In this document: positions 1 through 9,357 of the stretch, in pieces
How the letters are laid out: each line of letters opens with the position of its first letter
Numbering within the stretch: the first letter of the stretch is position 1
IMG/VR virus record: IMGVR_UViG_3300009008_000030
From: an uncultured virus (IMG/VR IMGVR_UViG_3300009008_000030)
Taxonomy: Duplodnaviria; Heunggongvirae; Uroviricota; Caudoviricetes
Length of the DNA: 64,000 nt
Direction: 5' to 3' (one strand)
Notes under the pieces: model-generated
Told to the model about the DNA's origin: nothing
The model's input: the letters and a program-made list of their open reading frames with translations, nothing else
Database searches by the model: none
Position numbers and translations under genes: made by a program

Positions 1-721
1 CATGAAGGGGGTTATAGCTTCCCACCACTATGTAAGGTTCGCTGGGATCGAAGCGCGGTGACACCTCATATTCCGTAAGAACGGGTAGATCTTGGGGATT
101 CCAGTCTACGGTCCTCCCCGGAGCGCGACGGCCACGACCACGCCGACCTGATGATGAGATCATGTAGGCAGCGAAGTCCATCCCCGTCTTGGTAAGGTCT
201 TTCTCCGTCCAGAAGCTCCCGCTAGGCATCCGTAGGACACGACCGAATCGCCCCTCATGGTCGATCTTAGCTCCCTGCTTGACGAAGCCTAAGATCGCTT
301 CTCGACGGCTCGTGTACTCCCCACCGAAGCCCTGGACCTTGTTGAGTGCGGCGATAGCTCTTGCTCTCGATCTCGGAGAGAGTTGGTCAGCGAAGCCGTA
401 GGTTTCTTCATAGGCGGCCTTCTCCGCAGACGCCTTAGCTGCGACCGAGGCCGACTTCTCTTTCATGCGCTGGTGAGAGCCTAGAGAGCGGGTATCGAAG
501 TCGATCTCCGACTCTAACTCAGCGGGTTGGAGCAGGATATGTCCAGTGCGCCCAGGCACCTCGATCAACAGCATCCCCGAGGGGTGCGTACCGACCACGG
601 TCTTGACCCCCTCTGGACTATCCCAGGAGCGCCCTACATCGGCACGACGGCCACGACCACGACGGGCTGCCGCGTAGCCTAGAGCGGCCCCTCCAAGGGC
701 ATAGGGGAAGTAGCCTGCCAC
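1..721 (-). CDS. RGRRA-linker modular protein (3' partial; absent from the ORF track)
   Basis: Manual translation from GTG at 721 gives MAGYFPYALGGAALGYAAARRGRGRRADVG..., with a second GRRGRGRRA at about 122-148. The frame stays open to the window edge. Confidence 0.8.
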   Translation of the reverse strand, partial: MAGYFPYALGGAALGYAAARRGRGRRADVGRSWDSPEGVKTVVGTHPSGMLLIEVPGRTGHILLQPAELESEIDFDTRSLGSHQRMKEKSASVAAKASAEKAAYEETYGFADQLSPRSRARAIAALNKVQGFGGEYTSRREAILGFVKQGAKIDHEGRFGRVLRMPSGSFWTEKDLTKTGMDFAAYMISSSGRRGRGRRAPGRTVDWNPQDLPVLTEYEVSPRFDPSEPYIVVGSYNPLH

Positions 722-725
722 TGAG

Positions 726-2336
726 TTACCATCCCCAGGCTCGGCGGCCTCGATTCTTGAGGCCCCATTCGCCTAGAACGCCATATTCGTCGGCTAGGGC
801 TTGCCAGGAGCCTGCGGATCGAAGTTCAGAGTCGAACTCTTTGGCGTACTCCTGGGCGACGTGCATCCGCGTTTCCTTGGGGAACACTTTGTGCCAGGGC
901 ACCCCAGGAGAACCGAACGCCTTGTTGTACTTCTTGGCTCCTGCATCCACTAGGTACATCCAGAGCTTCGGAGCGAGGGCGGGGTTGTACTTGCCGCTCT
1001 TGACCTTGCGAAGCTGGTTTTTGCGGATCTCAGTCTTCTGGCGATAAAGCTGGTAGTCGTTGTCGATGTAAAGCTCAAGCTCGCGGGCTGCGTGTTCATC
1101 CACAGCGCGGCGGCCTCGGGAAGATCGACCTCCCACTGCTGTGTAGTCTCCCCGCTCCAGCAGGAAGCTAGCCGCATGTTCTAGATCTGATTTCTTAGCG
1201 GGATTGCCTTTGTGATCAGTGAGTAGGAACACCAGTCCCTTCTCTTTCCACCCCGGCTGATTCGTTGCAGGGATCGCAAAATAGGTCTTGTTCTTGTTGA
1301 GCTTAATGCCCGTCCCTAACAAGGAGTAGTCCATGTTGGGGCTTACGCTGATCAAGTTATCCTCCCACGATGCGCGGCGGCCTCGGGCAGAGCGGCCTTT
1401 GCGAGCTTCAATGGCCTCTTGGAAGGTCGCAAAGAATCCGTGGTCTACTGGATCTTGGCCCACCCGGTTGGTCATTCGTCGCCAGTCGGAGTTAAGCCAG
1501 TAGTAGGTTACGGTGTCAAAGCTGCCGTCTGGATTGTCTTTGACAAAGGTGCCCTCCATCTGCTTACGCCAGCCTGCCGGGGGCTTGGGGCCAGGGTAGG
1601 CATAGCCTATCTTGACTCCAGCGCGGCGGCCTCGGCCACGAGCGCCTTCTCCTAGCGAATGTACGCCGAACTCAGCGCCACTAAGGTGCTTCACCAACTT
1701 CTTTGCGTCGGCAAGGCTAGACGACCATTCCTCAGCGCCACGATTCGGACCTGAGACCATCACCACATCAAAATGCTTCTCGCCCCGACTCTTGGAGATG
1801 TCAGCAACCTCTCGATCCCCGTAGGTAACGGTCCACATCTGTGTACCAAACTGGTTGACCCCTGCGCTGTGGGTGTACCACCTCTTCCCGGCGCGGCGGC
1901 CTCGGGAGCGTCGGCCCTTGTTGGCGGCTCCGGTCTTGGTGTGGCAGGTGCGTTTCTGGCCTCGACCAGAGCAGGTCACATCTTGGAATGGGCCTAGACC
2001 CCACTTCTCTGTTTTCTTGTAGATCAGCTTGAGGTCTGCCAGCGTAAGGTTGCCGTCCTTCCACGCCTTGGTGGCGAACTGCCTAGCGTTCACTGCCTGC
2101 TTCTTGCCGCAGTTCATGGGGTAGCCCCCGCTGAACGCTTTGCTCTTGCCGGAGCGAGTTGGATCTTCGTCCTTGTGCTTGCGCCTGTAGAGAGCGGATG
2201 CCTTCGACCAGGGAAGGGCAAAGTTGCTCCCGCGCATGGTGCGGCGTTGCTTGGCGGTGGGGTTGGTCTTGCACTTAGCCATGATCTCTATCTCTTTCCT
2301 GGCCACGGAACGTCGCCGTCTTTGTATAGCTGCCAC
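726..2336 (-). CDS. RGRRA-linker polyprotein with about 5 modules; likely start MAKCK at 2282
   Basis: RGRRA motifs at about 1890, 1620, 1372, 1105 and 740 separate distinct domains. The N-terminal module is basic and contains Cys. Confidence 0.85.
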   Translation of the reverse strand: MAAIQRRRRSVARKEIEIMAKCKTNPTAKQRRTMRGSNFALPWSKASALYRRKHKDEDPTRSGKSKAFSGGYPMNCGKKQAVNARQFATKAWKDGNLTLADLKLIYKKTEKWGLGPFQDVTCSGRGQKRTCHTKTGAANKGRRSRGRRAGKRWYTHSAGVNQFGTQMWTVTYGDREVADISKSRGEKHFDVVMVSGPNRGAEEWSSSLADAKKLVKHLSGAEFGVHSLGEGARGRGRRAGVKIGYAYPGPKPPAGWRKQMEGTFVKDNPDGSFDTVTYYWLNSDWRRMTNRVGQDPVDHGFFATFQEAIEARKGRSARGRRASWEDNLISVSPNMDYSLLGTGIKLNKNKTYFAIPATNQPGWKEKGLVFLLTDHKGNPAKKSDLEHAASFLLERGDYTAVGGRSSRGRRAVDEHAARELELYIDNDYQLYRQKTEIRKNQLRKVKSGKYNPALAPKLWMYLVDAGAKKYNKAFGSPGVPWHKVFPKETRMHVAQEYAKEFDSELRSAGSWQALADEYGVLGEWGLKNRGRRAWGW

Positions 2337-2665
2337 TCATAAGCTGCACTCTCAAAATCAGGCCAGGGTACTTCCTTGAAGTAGTCGCTGACAAACTTCT
2401 GGTAGTCACTCAGGCCCTTCATTCGCTTCGTGCGTGAGAAGGTGACTGTCTTTTGTCGGGGGGTACCTTTGTGGAAGGTGACACTACGGGGCTTGGGGAG
2501 CAACTGAGCTTGTTGTTCGCGCACCCATTTCGCCCCTTCGCTCTCGCCCGTAAAGGGGAGGTAGGGCTGCTGTGCGGCAGATCCACGTCCCTCCGCACCC
2601 TGCTGAGCCGCAACATAGCCCACCCCGGCTCCCACCAATCCCCATGCCATGTAGTTCTGAGCCAC
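2288..2665 (-). CDS. Small protein with hydrophobic Gly/Ala-rich N-terminal leader
   Basis: Starts MAQNYMAWGLVGAGVGYVAA; AGGAG RBS upstream. Confidence 0.7.
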   Translation of the reverse strand: MAQNYMAWGLVGAGVGYVAAQQGAEGRGSAAQQPYLPFTGESEGAKWVREQQAQLLPKPRSVTFHKGTPRQKTVTFSRTKRMKGLSDYQKFVSDYFKEVPWPDFESAAYEWQLYKDGDVPWPGKR

Positions 2666-2673
2666 GATCTCTC

Positions 2674-4029
2674 CTAGTCGCAGACGCAGTTGCGACGGCC
2701 TCGGGCGGCCTGTCCGGTGGTTGCATCAATGTACTTTTGCAGGCCGCCTTGAAAGGCGTAGCGGAAGTCGCTCCAGAACTCCTTGGCTACCGCGTTGGGA
2801 ACAGGACCGTTCTTGAAATACCGCTTCTTGAACTGCGCGAAGGTGTACCGCTTGGAGTAGGGGTTGACCTCTCTCCCTGCACGGCGACCGCTAGCTCGCC
2901 TGCCTCGGGCACCAGCAGGGGGTAGCGCATACCTCAATATTTCCTCTACGCGGTAAAAGGCTGCACTTTGCGTATGAGAAGTTCCATACGCAATCCTCTT
3001 GCCATGCAAGATTACCCCCCAACTCCATCCCAGCTTCCCAAACTTCTTTACAACCGCCCGCACCATGAACTTGCCGTAGGGGGCCTCCAGAACGTAGTGA
3101 CCGGGCTTGATCTCCGTGTACGCCTCACCCAACGCCTGAGACACCGGAGGGTAGGCGGCTCGCCTGCCTCGGGCGGCCTTCTTACGCCCCAGCCCGTAGT
3201 GTCCTGCCTTGGTCATGCGGTTGAGGTATGGCCCCTTGTGAAAGGACATGCGAGGGTGGCGCTTCTTCCAGAGGGCTTCGATGTGGTCCTGCGCTGCGTG
3301 GTATCGCCGCAGGTAGGAACGAAGATCCTCCTTCACCTTGCGGGGGAAGTGGTCGCGCACGACGCCTGAGATTGCAGAACCGTGAGATCCATGCTCCTTG
3401 AGAGCAGCAGCAACAGCGCGATTATACTTGCCCGCCCAGGTGTTTGCCTTACGGATCGCGCTGTCAAACTCTTTCTCAGACACATGCTGGCTTCGGACGT
3501 TACGCCTGCCTCGGGCGCTGTGGCCCGTCTTAGTGAGGCCCCTCAACTCAGCCTGAGCATCTTTTTTGAGGGTGTGCCACTCTCCCACATAGTCGTTGTT
3601 TACCCCTGTAACTCGGTACAAAGGGCGGCCCTTGTAGTGGTCATAGCCCTCAAAGATCTTGTACTTGAAAGAAGCGCGTCGTCTTGCGTCTGCGAGCGCA
3701 CCTCGTTCCTCGTCCTTGTCAGGATCATATCGAGCGCGACGGCCTCGGGCGCGGTGGCCTTCTTCCTGGGCCATGACCTTGGCGGTATTGTAGGCGTCCT
3801 CTCGGTCGTCGGTGTGATACCACTCCTCGATCTCGCGGCTACCCTGCGGCTTGACGATGTATTCTTCCCACTCTCGGTCAAAATAGACCTTCATCGGCCC
3901 GATGGTTTTCTTGAGTACCAGGGTGCCCCGGCGACCTTTGCCGCCGTGTAGAACATGCTCCACCGCTGCCTTTCCGGCTCCTGCGCCGAACGAGCTAATC
4001 GCTGCCTGTCCTAGTGACTTCCAGATCAT
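2674..4029 (-). CDS. RGRRA-linker polyprotein with about 5 modules
   Basis: Leader MIWKSLGQAAISSFGAGAG, then KGRRG, ARGRRA, ARGRRN, ARGRRA, ARGRRASGRRA and ARGRRN. Confidence 0.85.
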   Translation of the reverse strand: MIWKSLGQAAISSFGAGAGKAAVEHVLHGGKGRRGTLVLKKTIGPMKVYFDREWEEYIVKPQGSREIEEWYHTDDREDAYNTAKVMAQEEGHRARGRRARYDPDKDEERGALADARRRASFKYKIFEGYDHYKGRPLYRVTGVNNDYVGEWHTLKKDAQAELRGLTKTGHSARGRRNVRSQHVSEKEFDSAIRKANTWAGKYNRAVAAALKEHGSHGSAISGVVRDHFPRKVKEDLRSYLRRYHAAQDHIEALWKKRHPRMSFHKGPYLNRMTKAGHYGLGRKKAARGRRAAYPPVSQALGEAYTEIKPGHYVLEAPYGKFMVRAVVKKFGKLGWSWGVILHGKRIAYGTSHTQSAAFYRVEEILRYALPPAGARGRRASGRRAGREVNPYSKRYTFAQFKKRYFKNGPVPNAVAKEFWSDFRYAFQGGLQKYIDATTGQAARGRRNCVCD

Positions 4030-6573
4030 CTACCACCTCCAGCCCTGACGCGGCGGGATGCCGGGTCCGTAGGGGCCAGGACCGCTAGGATACCTGCGGC
4101 GAGCTACTGATCTACGCCCCCAGGCACTTTGTCCCTCGGGCTGGTAGATGTTTCCCCAGGTTTCTCGGCCTAGCTGCCGCTTGTACTTGTACAAGATCCC
4201 ATAAGCAACCTGCTGAGCCACAGGGTCCGACAACCCTACCATCGCTAGCAGGTTGCCTGTGTACGCATCGGGCTTATTGAAGCCGCACTGATCTTTTGTC
4301 AGCGCCCAATCGCAGACGCTAGAAAGCTGCTTGAGGGCGTCGTCCATCACCACGGTCTGCTCATGGGTGAGAGAGACAGACTCAAAGCCCTTGCCCTCCA
4401 TCTGCCGCAACTTGGCCCCCAGCTTGCGCCTCGCCTTGCCTGCTCGGGCATCCTTGATCGCCTGCTGGATATTCCCCCAGGTGGCCTTGGCCTCCGTAGA
4501 TGCGCCTCGCGGCGGGGGCGGGGGCGGCGTGTACTCCATGCGCTGCTCAATGGCGGCATGGACGACTTGTGTCTTGTTGTGCAAGATGCGGTTGATGTGC
4601 TGGTCAAGGGGGTGAGGGCTGACCATGATGCGGTACAGGGGAGAGCTTTTCTGGCCGATGCGGTGGAGTCGATCTTGCGTCTGTCGGTTGTCTCCCGGCT
4701 TCCACGCTTGGTCTACGAAGATCATGGTATCTGAGGCGGTCAAGGTGATCCCCAATCCCCCTGCATCAATAGAGATTGCGATCCCCTTGAGGTTCCCGGC
4801 TTGAAACTCGTCCTTCAACCTTTGTTTTTCAGGTCCAGATGTCCCTCCCATAATGGCCGCCCAGCCAGGGCGCTCGGCCAAGGCCAGCAAAGGCGCTCGA
4901 TGGGCCGAGGCCACCACCACAGGCTTGCCTGCTTCTTCGTATTCTTCCACAAGCTCCAGCACTGCCGGGACACGCGACTCCGCGAGCATGCGGCGCACCG
5001 TAGACATGGACTCAAAGGGAGGTAGTTCGCCACTCTCAATATCGTCAGCCAACATGGCGTAGAGTCGATCAAGCTCGCTCTCGATCTTGTTCCAGTCTTT
5101 CGGCTCTGGCACCACCACTACGGTCTCAAACCGCTTTTCTGGTAGCTCGGGTAAGACCTGCTCTTTGGTGCGCCGTAGCATGACACGTCGCAAGATCTCA
5201 GCTACCTCCGGCTTCGGGTAGCCCCACTCGATGCCGTAGCGCCCATCGCGAGCGTTAAAGAGCTTCTTGAAGTTGGTAAAGCCGTGTTTTCCCCAGCCAA
5301 AGGCTTCCTGGGCGCAGCGGCCTGCCGACATGATGCCCCACAGGTCGGGGGGTTTGTTGTCGAGAGGGGTGCCTGTCAGCAGCCAGATGGTCGCTGCGAA
5401 GTCAGCTAGGGTGCGGAAGGATTGAGTGCGCTGGGCTTTGGGGTTCTTGATCTTGTGAGCCTCGTCGGCAATCAGGAAGATCGGCAGGCGCTTGGGGTAG
5501 CCTCTCTCATTCTTTCCCAGGCGAGCTTGCCAGGAGTGCATTTCAGCCAAGATCTGCTCTCCAGCTTCCCGCTTCGCTCCCCGCCCCGCAGGCTCCGGTT
5601 GCCAGTTGGTTCTCTTGTTCTTCTGGATGCCCGGCAAGCGGTCATAGTTGAGGACGATGATCTCCCCTGGCCTCGGTAGTCGCGACAGGTACTCTTTGGG
5701 CTTGCTGATAACGGTGACCGCGAGATCAGGCCGCCACCGCTGTGCCTCAATCGCCCAATTCAGTTTCACTACGTCAGGCACCACCACAATGGCCTGGGCC
5801 TTGCCAGGGAGCGCCAGCAAGGTCTGCACGGTCTTGCCCGTACCCATGTCGTCGGCCAAGAGGGCACAGGCCCCGCGCTCGTCGCTGAGGTGACTGCGCC
5901 TCGCCAGGAACTCGACCCCTTGTAGCTGGTAGGGGTAGGGACGAAAGCCCTCTTTGGTCTTGACCCTCTTTGCAGAGCGCAGGACGCCCTCTAACGCCTT
6001 TGCGCCCCCTGTGCTAACGCCAGTCATGCCCTCGGCCCCCGCAACGCCTCCTAGAAGGGCTGGGTCTATCTGAGCGCCGATTTTGCGTGCCACTTCAATG
6101 GTGCGCGGCAGGTCACGGGGCTGTACAGACAAGATCCATTTTCTGCGTTGTCCATCCCAGCGCCGCCCTGGTGCGGTTTTGATGATGGGGATAGCGTTGG
6201 GATCATATGGGAAGTCGAGTGTTCCATCGGCATGTAGGTACTTGGCCTCGGCCTCGGCCTCTTTTGGGGCTCCCCCTTTGCGGTAGTTGCCGGGGGCGCG
6301 GGGGTCGTTCTCAACGTAGTCGAGCAGGAAGTCAGGCCAGTCAGAGGGATCTTTATCGTAGACCTGCCAGCGGGAAAAACCTTCTCGCTTGACCGACACC
6401 CCCTGGTTGGGGCCAATGCGCTTCTTGGTGATGGGGTCAGTACCCCCGAACTTGTTGCCGTAGAAAACCCGCTCTACATCACCACGAGCGCGACGGCCTC
6501 TCCAGGGCGCAGCCCTACCTCCCCACTGAGGCCGTGGGCGCGGGGGAGCTTGCAACCACCGGGGGAGGCGCAC
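4030..6573 (-). CDS. SNF2/SWI2-family helicase-like ATPase inside the RGRRA array
   Basis: Q-motif PYQLQGV, motif I LADDMGTGKT, motif II DEAH, LTGTP, MLRRTK, GLGITLT and QTQDRLHRIGQ. RGRRA near the N-terminus and WGRRS near the C-terminus. Confidence 0.93.
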   Translation of the reverse strand: MRLPRWLQAPPRPRPQWGGRAAPWRGRRARGDVERVFYGNKFGGTDPITKKRIGPNQGVSVKREGFSRWQVYDKDPSDWPDFLLDYVENDPRAPGNYRKGGAPKEAEAEAKYLHADGTLDFPYDPNAIPIIKTAPGRRWDGQRRKWILSVQPRDLPRTIEVARKIGAQIDPALLGGVAGAEGMTGVSTGGAKALEGVLRSAKRVKTKEGFRPYPYQLQGVEFLARRSHLSDERGACALLADDMGTGKTVQTLLALPGKAQAIVVVPDVVKLNWAIEAQRWRPDLAVTVISKPKEYLSRLPRPGEIIVLNYDRLPGIQKNKRTNWQPEPAGRGAKREAGEQILAEMHSWQARLGKNERGYPKRLPIFLIADEAHKIKNPKAQRTQSFRTLADFAATIWLLTGTPLDNKPPDLWGIMSAGRCAQEAFGWGKHGFTNFKKLFNARDGRYGIEWGYPKPEVAEILRRVMLRRTKEQVLPELPEKRFETVVVVPEPKDWNKIESELDRLYAMLADDIESGELPPFESMSTVRRMLAESRVPAVLELVEEYEEAGKPVVVASAHRAPLLALAERPGWAAIMGGTSGPEKQRLKDEFQAGNLKGIAISIDAGGLGITLTASDTMIFVDQAWKPGDNRQTQDRLHRIGQKSSPLYRIMVSPHPLDQHINRILHNKTQVVHAAIEQRMEYTPPPPPPRGASTEAKATWGNIQQAIKDARAGKARRKLGAKLRQMEGKGFESVSLTHEQTVVMDDALKQLSSVCDWALTKDQCGFNKPDAYTGNLLAMVGLSDPVAQQVAYGILYKYKRQLGRETWGNIYQPEGQSAWGRRSVARRRYPSGPGPYGPGIPPRQGWRW

Positions 6574-6582
6574 AGGCTCGAC

Positions 6583-6816
6583 CTAGCGGCGGCTGCGGCT
6601 GCGGCGGCCTCGATTGGAATGGCCTGCCATTGAGGTGCCGGGAGGACCACCCGCCTGTTCCCAGGCCATAGCTTCGTAGACGCCACCCAGGTGACGGCGG
6701 GCGCGAGAGCCCATGTGCTGCTTGCCATAACGCACCTTGAGACCCGACTTCTCGTAACCGTAGAAGGCGAGAGCGCCTAGACCCATGAAGGCGATGTTGT
6801 TAAGCCACTTTCCCAT
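6583..6816 (-). CDS. Small membrane-anchored protein ending in NRGRRSRSRR
   Basis: N-terminal hydrophobic segment IAFMGLGALAFYG; RBS upstream. Confidence 0.7.
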   Translation of the reverse strand: MGKWLNNIAFMGLGALAFYGYEKSGLKVRYGKQHMGSRARRHLGGVYEAMAWEQAGGPPGTSMAGHSNRGRRSRSRR

Positions 6817-6820
6817 TTTC

Positions 6821-7201
6821 TTATCTCCTTGGACGGACGACGGGAATGACCGCCAACGTCAGCATTAAGTAGTTCATAACGATCAGCCCTGCTCCAGCGA
6901 GAGCCAGATAGCCTACATTCTCTTGCATCCATTCAGTTACGCCTTGCTTGGCGCGGATCTTACATTCTTCTTGTAGCGTTTCCAGCTTGGTTTGTACCTC
7001 GGGGCTGTTGATTAGGTCTTGACCCGCTTGGGTGGCTACATCACCGAATCCCAGCCCTCCCAAGGCTTGCAGGAAGCCTTCCACGGGGCTTGCTCCATAG
7101 GAGTCTCCGTTGAGATCATCGTAGTCCCACGGAAGGTAGGGGTTGCCGTTGTAACCGTAACTGGAGCCGTGCATCTCGCGATAATGTGGGTACATCACCA
7201 C
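6821..7201 (-). CDS. Putative virion membrane protein with C-terminal TM
   Basis: C-terminal hydrophobic helix followed by RPRR; SYG motifs near the N-terminus. Confidence 0.65.
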   Translation of the reverse strand: MVMYPHYREMHGSSYGYNGNPYLPWDYDDLNGDSYGASPVEGFLQALGGLGFGDVATQAGQDLINSPEVQTKLETLQEECKIRAKQGVTEWMQENVGYLALAGAGLIVMNYLMLTLAVIPVVRPRR

Positions 7202-7398
7202 TTCCTTTCTGGACAGGTCGAGGCTTTCATTCTGGTCTTGACCTTCATAAAGCAGCCACAGTGCGTACAGCGCCAGTCACGGGTCATTTGGGGGCACCGC
7301 TGGCAGATAGCTAGGCGCTGCCTCGGCGTGGCCTTGACGGCCCGCTGAGGTCGCTGCTGCTGTTGTCTAGCGGGCTTCCACTTCCGCATCAGGTCCAC
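7195..7398 (-). CDS. Small Cys-rich zinc-binding phage protein (DUF6171-like)
   Basis: RLAICxxC...CxxCGCF..K.....CP..KW pattern. Confidence 0.7.
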   Translation of the reverse strand: MDLMRKWKPARQQQQRPQRAVKATPRQRLAICQRCPQMTRDWRCTHCGCFMKVKTRMKASTCPERKW

Positions 7399-7736
7399 CC
7401 CTCGGCCTGGGCGACCGGAGCCGCGTCGAGGACAGGGGGCGGGTCATGGAGGATGCGCTCAAATACCGTTCGACGCCTCGACGCCACACCTCGGCCCGTA
7501 TCGGTCAACTGGTAGGTACGCATCCGGTGTCGGCCATGTCGCAGGGACCAGCCTGTGCAGGTGATGAGAGCTTTCTCCTGCATGGAGCGGAGTTCACGAT
7601 TGACGTTGAAGGTAGGAACGTCGATCCCTACCTCAGCCAAGGCATCCCCTACTTCCCCTGCACCCACGGGTCGCGGCTCCCCTTCCAAGAGAAAGAGAAT
7701 CACGCTGTCGAGACGTAGGAGATCGCTAGAGAACAC
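7389..7736 (-). CDS. Winged-helix DNA-binding protein (PadR-like)
   Basis: VNRELRSMQEKALI...RTYQLTDTGR matches a wHTH wing signature. Confidence 0.65.
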   Translation of the reverse strand: MFSSDLLRLDSVILFLLEGEPRPVGAGEVGDALAEVGIDVPTFNVNRELRSMQEKALITCTGWSLRHGRHRMRTYQLTDTGRGVASRRRTVFERILHDPPPVLDAAPVAQAEGWT

Positions 7737-7749
7737 TGCTCTCTATCTC

Positions 7750-8733
7750 CTAGTAGCTGTAGGCGAAGTTGGCTGCACCCCCGCGACCGCGCATAGCGAG
7801 AAACGCGATCAGGCCGACGACGGCCACGCCGCCTAGACCGATTCCGACCCACGCTCCGGCTCCGAGACCGCCCGAACCGCTGCCCTGCTCGTCGTTGACG
7901 GTGTTGGCCGCGTTGGCGATGGATTGGTTCATTCGATCTTGAGCCATTTGCTCAGCCAGCCTGTTGTTGTTGAGAATGGCATCGGCAAGGTCAGACTTTG
8001 ACTGAGCTAGCTCGTTGGCGCTCGTTTGCAGTTTGGCGTTGGCCTCGGCGCTGAGTGCGCTGGAGTCACCTCCAGAGGCATTGACGGCTGCGTGAAGCTG
8101 ACCGATGCCCCCAAACAAAGCCCCCGCTCCTGCCAAGGCCGTTCCTAAAATGTTGGCGAAGGCGTTGGGGTCGAAGCTCTGCTTGTTGCCAGAGCCAGCA
8201 CCGCCCCCTTCTGTGTCGCTCGCCCCGCCGGAACTGGTGTCTCCGCTGGAACCGCCGTTGCTGAAATCGAAGCCTGTCCCGGTCCATGTAAAGCCGTACC
8301 GATCTCCAGAGAATCGAGCCCTTCGCGTTTGCGTAGCTCGGACAAGACACCCTCCTTTACGGAGACCTCGGAGAGAGGCTCTGAGAAAGGCATTACGCTT
8401 AGCTGGAGGAATCTCGTGGCGCAAGATGCCCCAACGCATCTGAAACTGAATGATGGAGCGAGCGCGGCGGCGTGTGCGCCCTGTGCCCCACTGAACGACC
8501 GCTCTAGCCAGTTCAGGGTTGTCGGGGTGGTTCCTCATCCCCGGCGTTGCATTGAGCGAGCGGGTGACCGCCTGGACGCAGGGAGAGAGGGGCTGGCGTA
8601 GCTGCCCTGCCTGGAGGCCAGCGGCTTGTCCGTAGGCTTTTCCGGCGGGGTGCGCGTTGGCCCATAGGGCATCTCGATAGTGTGGCTGCATGTTATTGCT
8701 CCGAGGCGTCAAGTAAAAGGGTCTCGGCCCCAC
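7750..8733 (-). CDS. Putative virion membrane protein (Gly/Ser linker, coiled coil, C-terminal TM)
   Basis: Ends GAWVGIGLGGVAVVGLIAFLAMRGRG; internal hydrophobic helix; YG motifs. Confidence 0.65.
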   Translation of the reverse strand: MGPRPFYLTPRSNNMQPHYRDALWANAHPAGKAYGQAAGLQAGQLRQPLSPCVQAVTRSLNATPGMRNHPDNPELARAVVQWGTGRTRRRARSIIQFQMRWGILRHEIPPAKRNAFLRASLRGLRKGGCLVRATQTRRARFSGDRYGFTWTGTGFDFSNGGSSGDTSSGGASDTEGGGAGSGNKQSFDPNAFANILGTALAGAGALFGGIGQLHAAVNASGGDSSALSAEANAKLQTSANELAQSKSDLADAILNNNRLAEQMAQDRMNQSIANAANTVNDEQGSGSGGLGAGAWVGIGLGGVAVVGLIAFLAMRGRGGAANFAYSY

Positions 8734-9108
8734 TCCAGGGAAAGGGACCGGGATCTAAGGTCACGCGCAAGAGCGGTTGCCCCTGCTCACTTTGGACAGC
8801 TTGGGATCGAACGAGACCGCGACAGAGTTTCCATCCTAAGATCAGGCCGATACAAGTTCCGGCCAGGAAGGTAGCTAAAGCAGAAACAAAGGTCGAGATC
8901 ATCACGCACGAATATCCAAGGGGGTTTACCCCGAGGGGAGTCTACTCGCACTTATCCCCTGGAGTCGAGTCCGTCTATCGCACCAGATCTATTTTGTACA
9001 CCGAAAAGCCGTTTATCGGCAACCGGAGAGGGACGGGAAGGGGGAGGACTGGCAGCGGCCTCAGAGCGTCTCTGAGACGCTCGGTGTGGGGTCCAGCGGG
9101 TACAGGGT

Positions 9109-9357
9109 CTAGGCCGCCCCCTCTTGTGACGCGGGCCGTACAGACTCACCTTCATCGTCCTCGTCCTCTGGTTGTGCTTCTTCCCAACAGGGAAAGCAGA
9201 GCCCATCGTACTCCAGCTTGTCGGGAGCCATGAATCTCTCACAGGCGGGACATTCTTCACAGTTGCAGGGGTCGGTCCCGCTGGCATGGTAGCGCCCCTC
9301 ACACTCTGAGCAGGTGCGCCAGTAAGATCCCCAATCGGCAGGGAGGTTGAAGCCCAT
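9109..9357 (-). CDS. Small Cys-rich hypothetical protein
   Basis: Several CxxC pairs; abuts the upstream gene. Confidence 0.55.
   Translation of the reverse strand: MGFNLPADWGSYWRTCSECEGRYHASGTDPCNCEECPACERFMAPDKLEYDGLCFPCWEEAQPEDEDDEGESVRPASQEGAA

Noticed and set aside
1..6816. Eukaryotic-virus origin suggested by furin-like RGRR sites
   Set aside because: Shine-Dalgarno sites, coupled operons, a sigma70-like promoter and peptidoglycan enzymes indicate a bacterial host.
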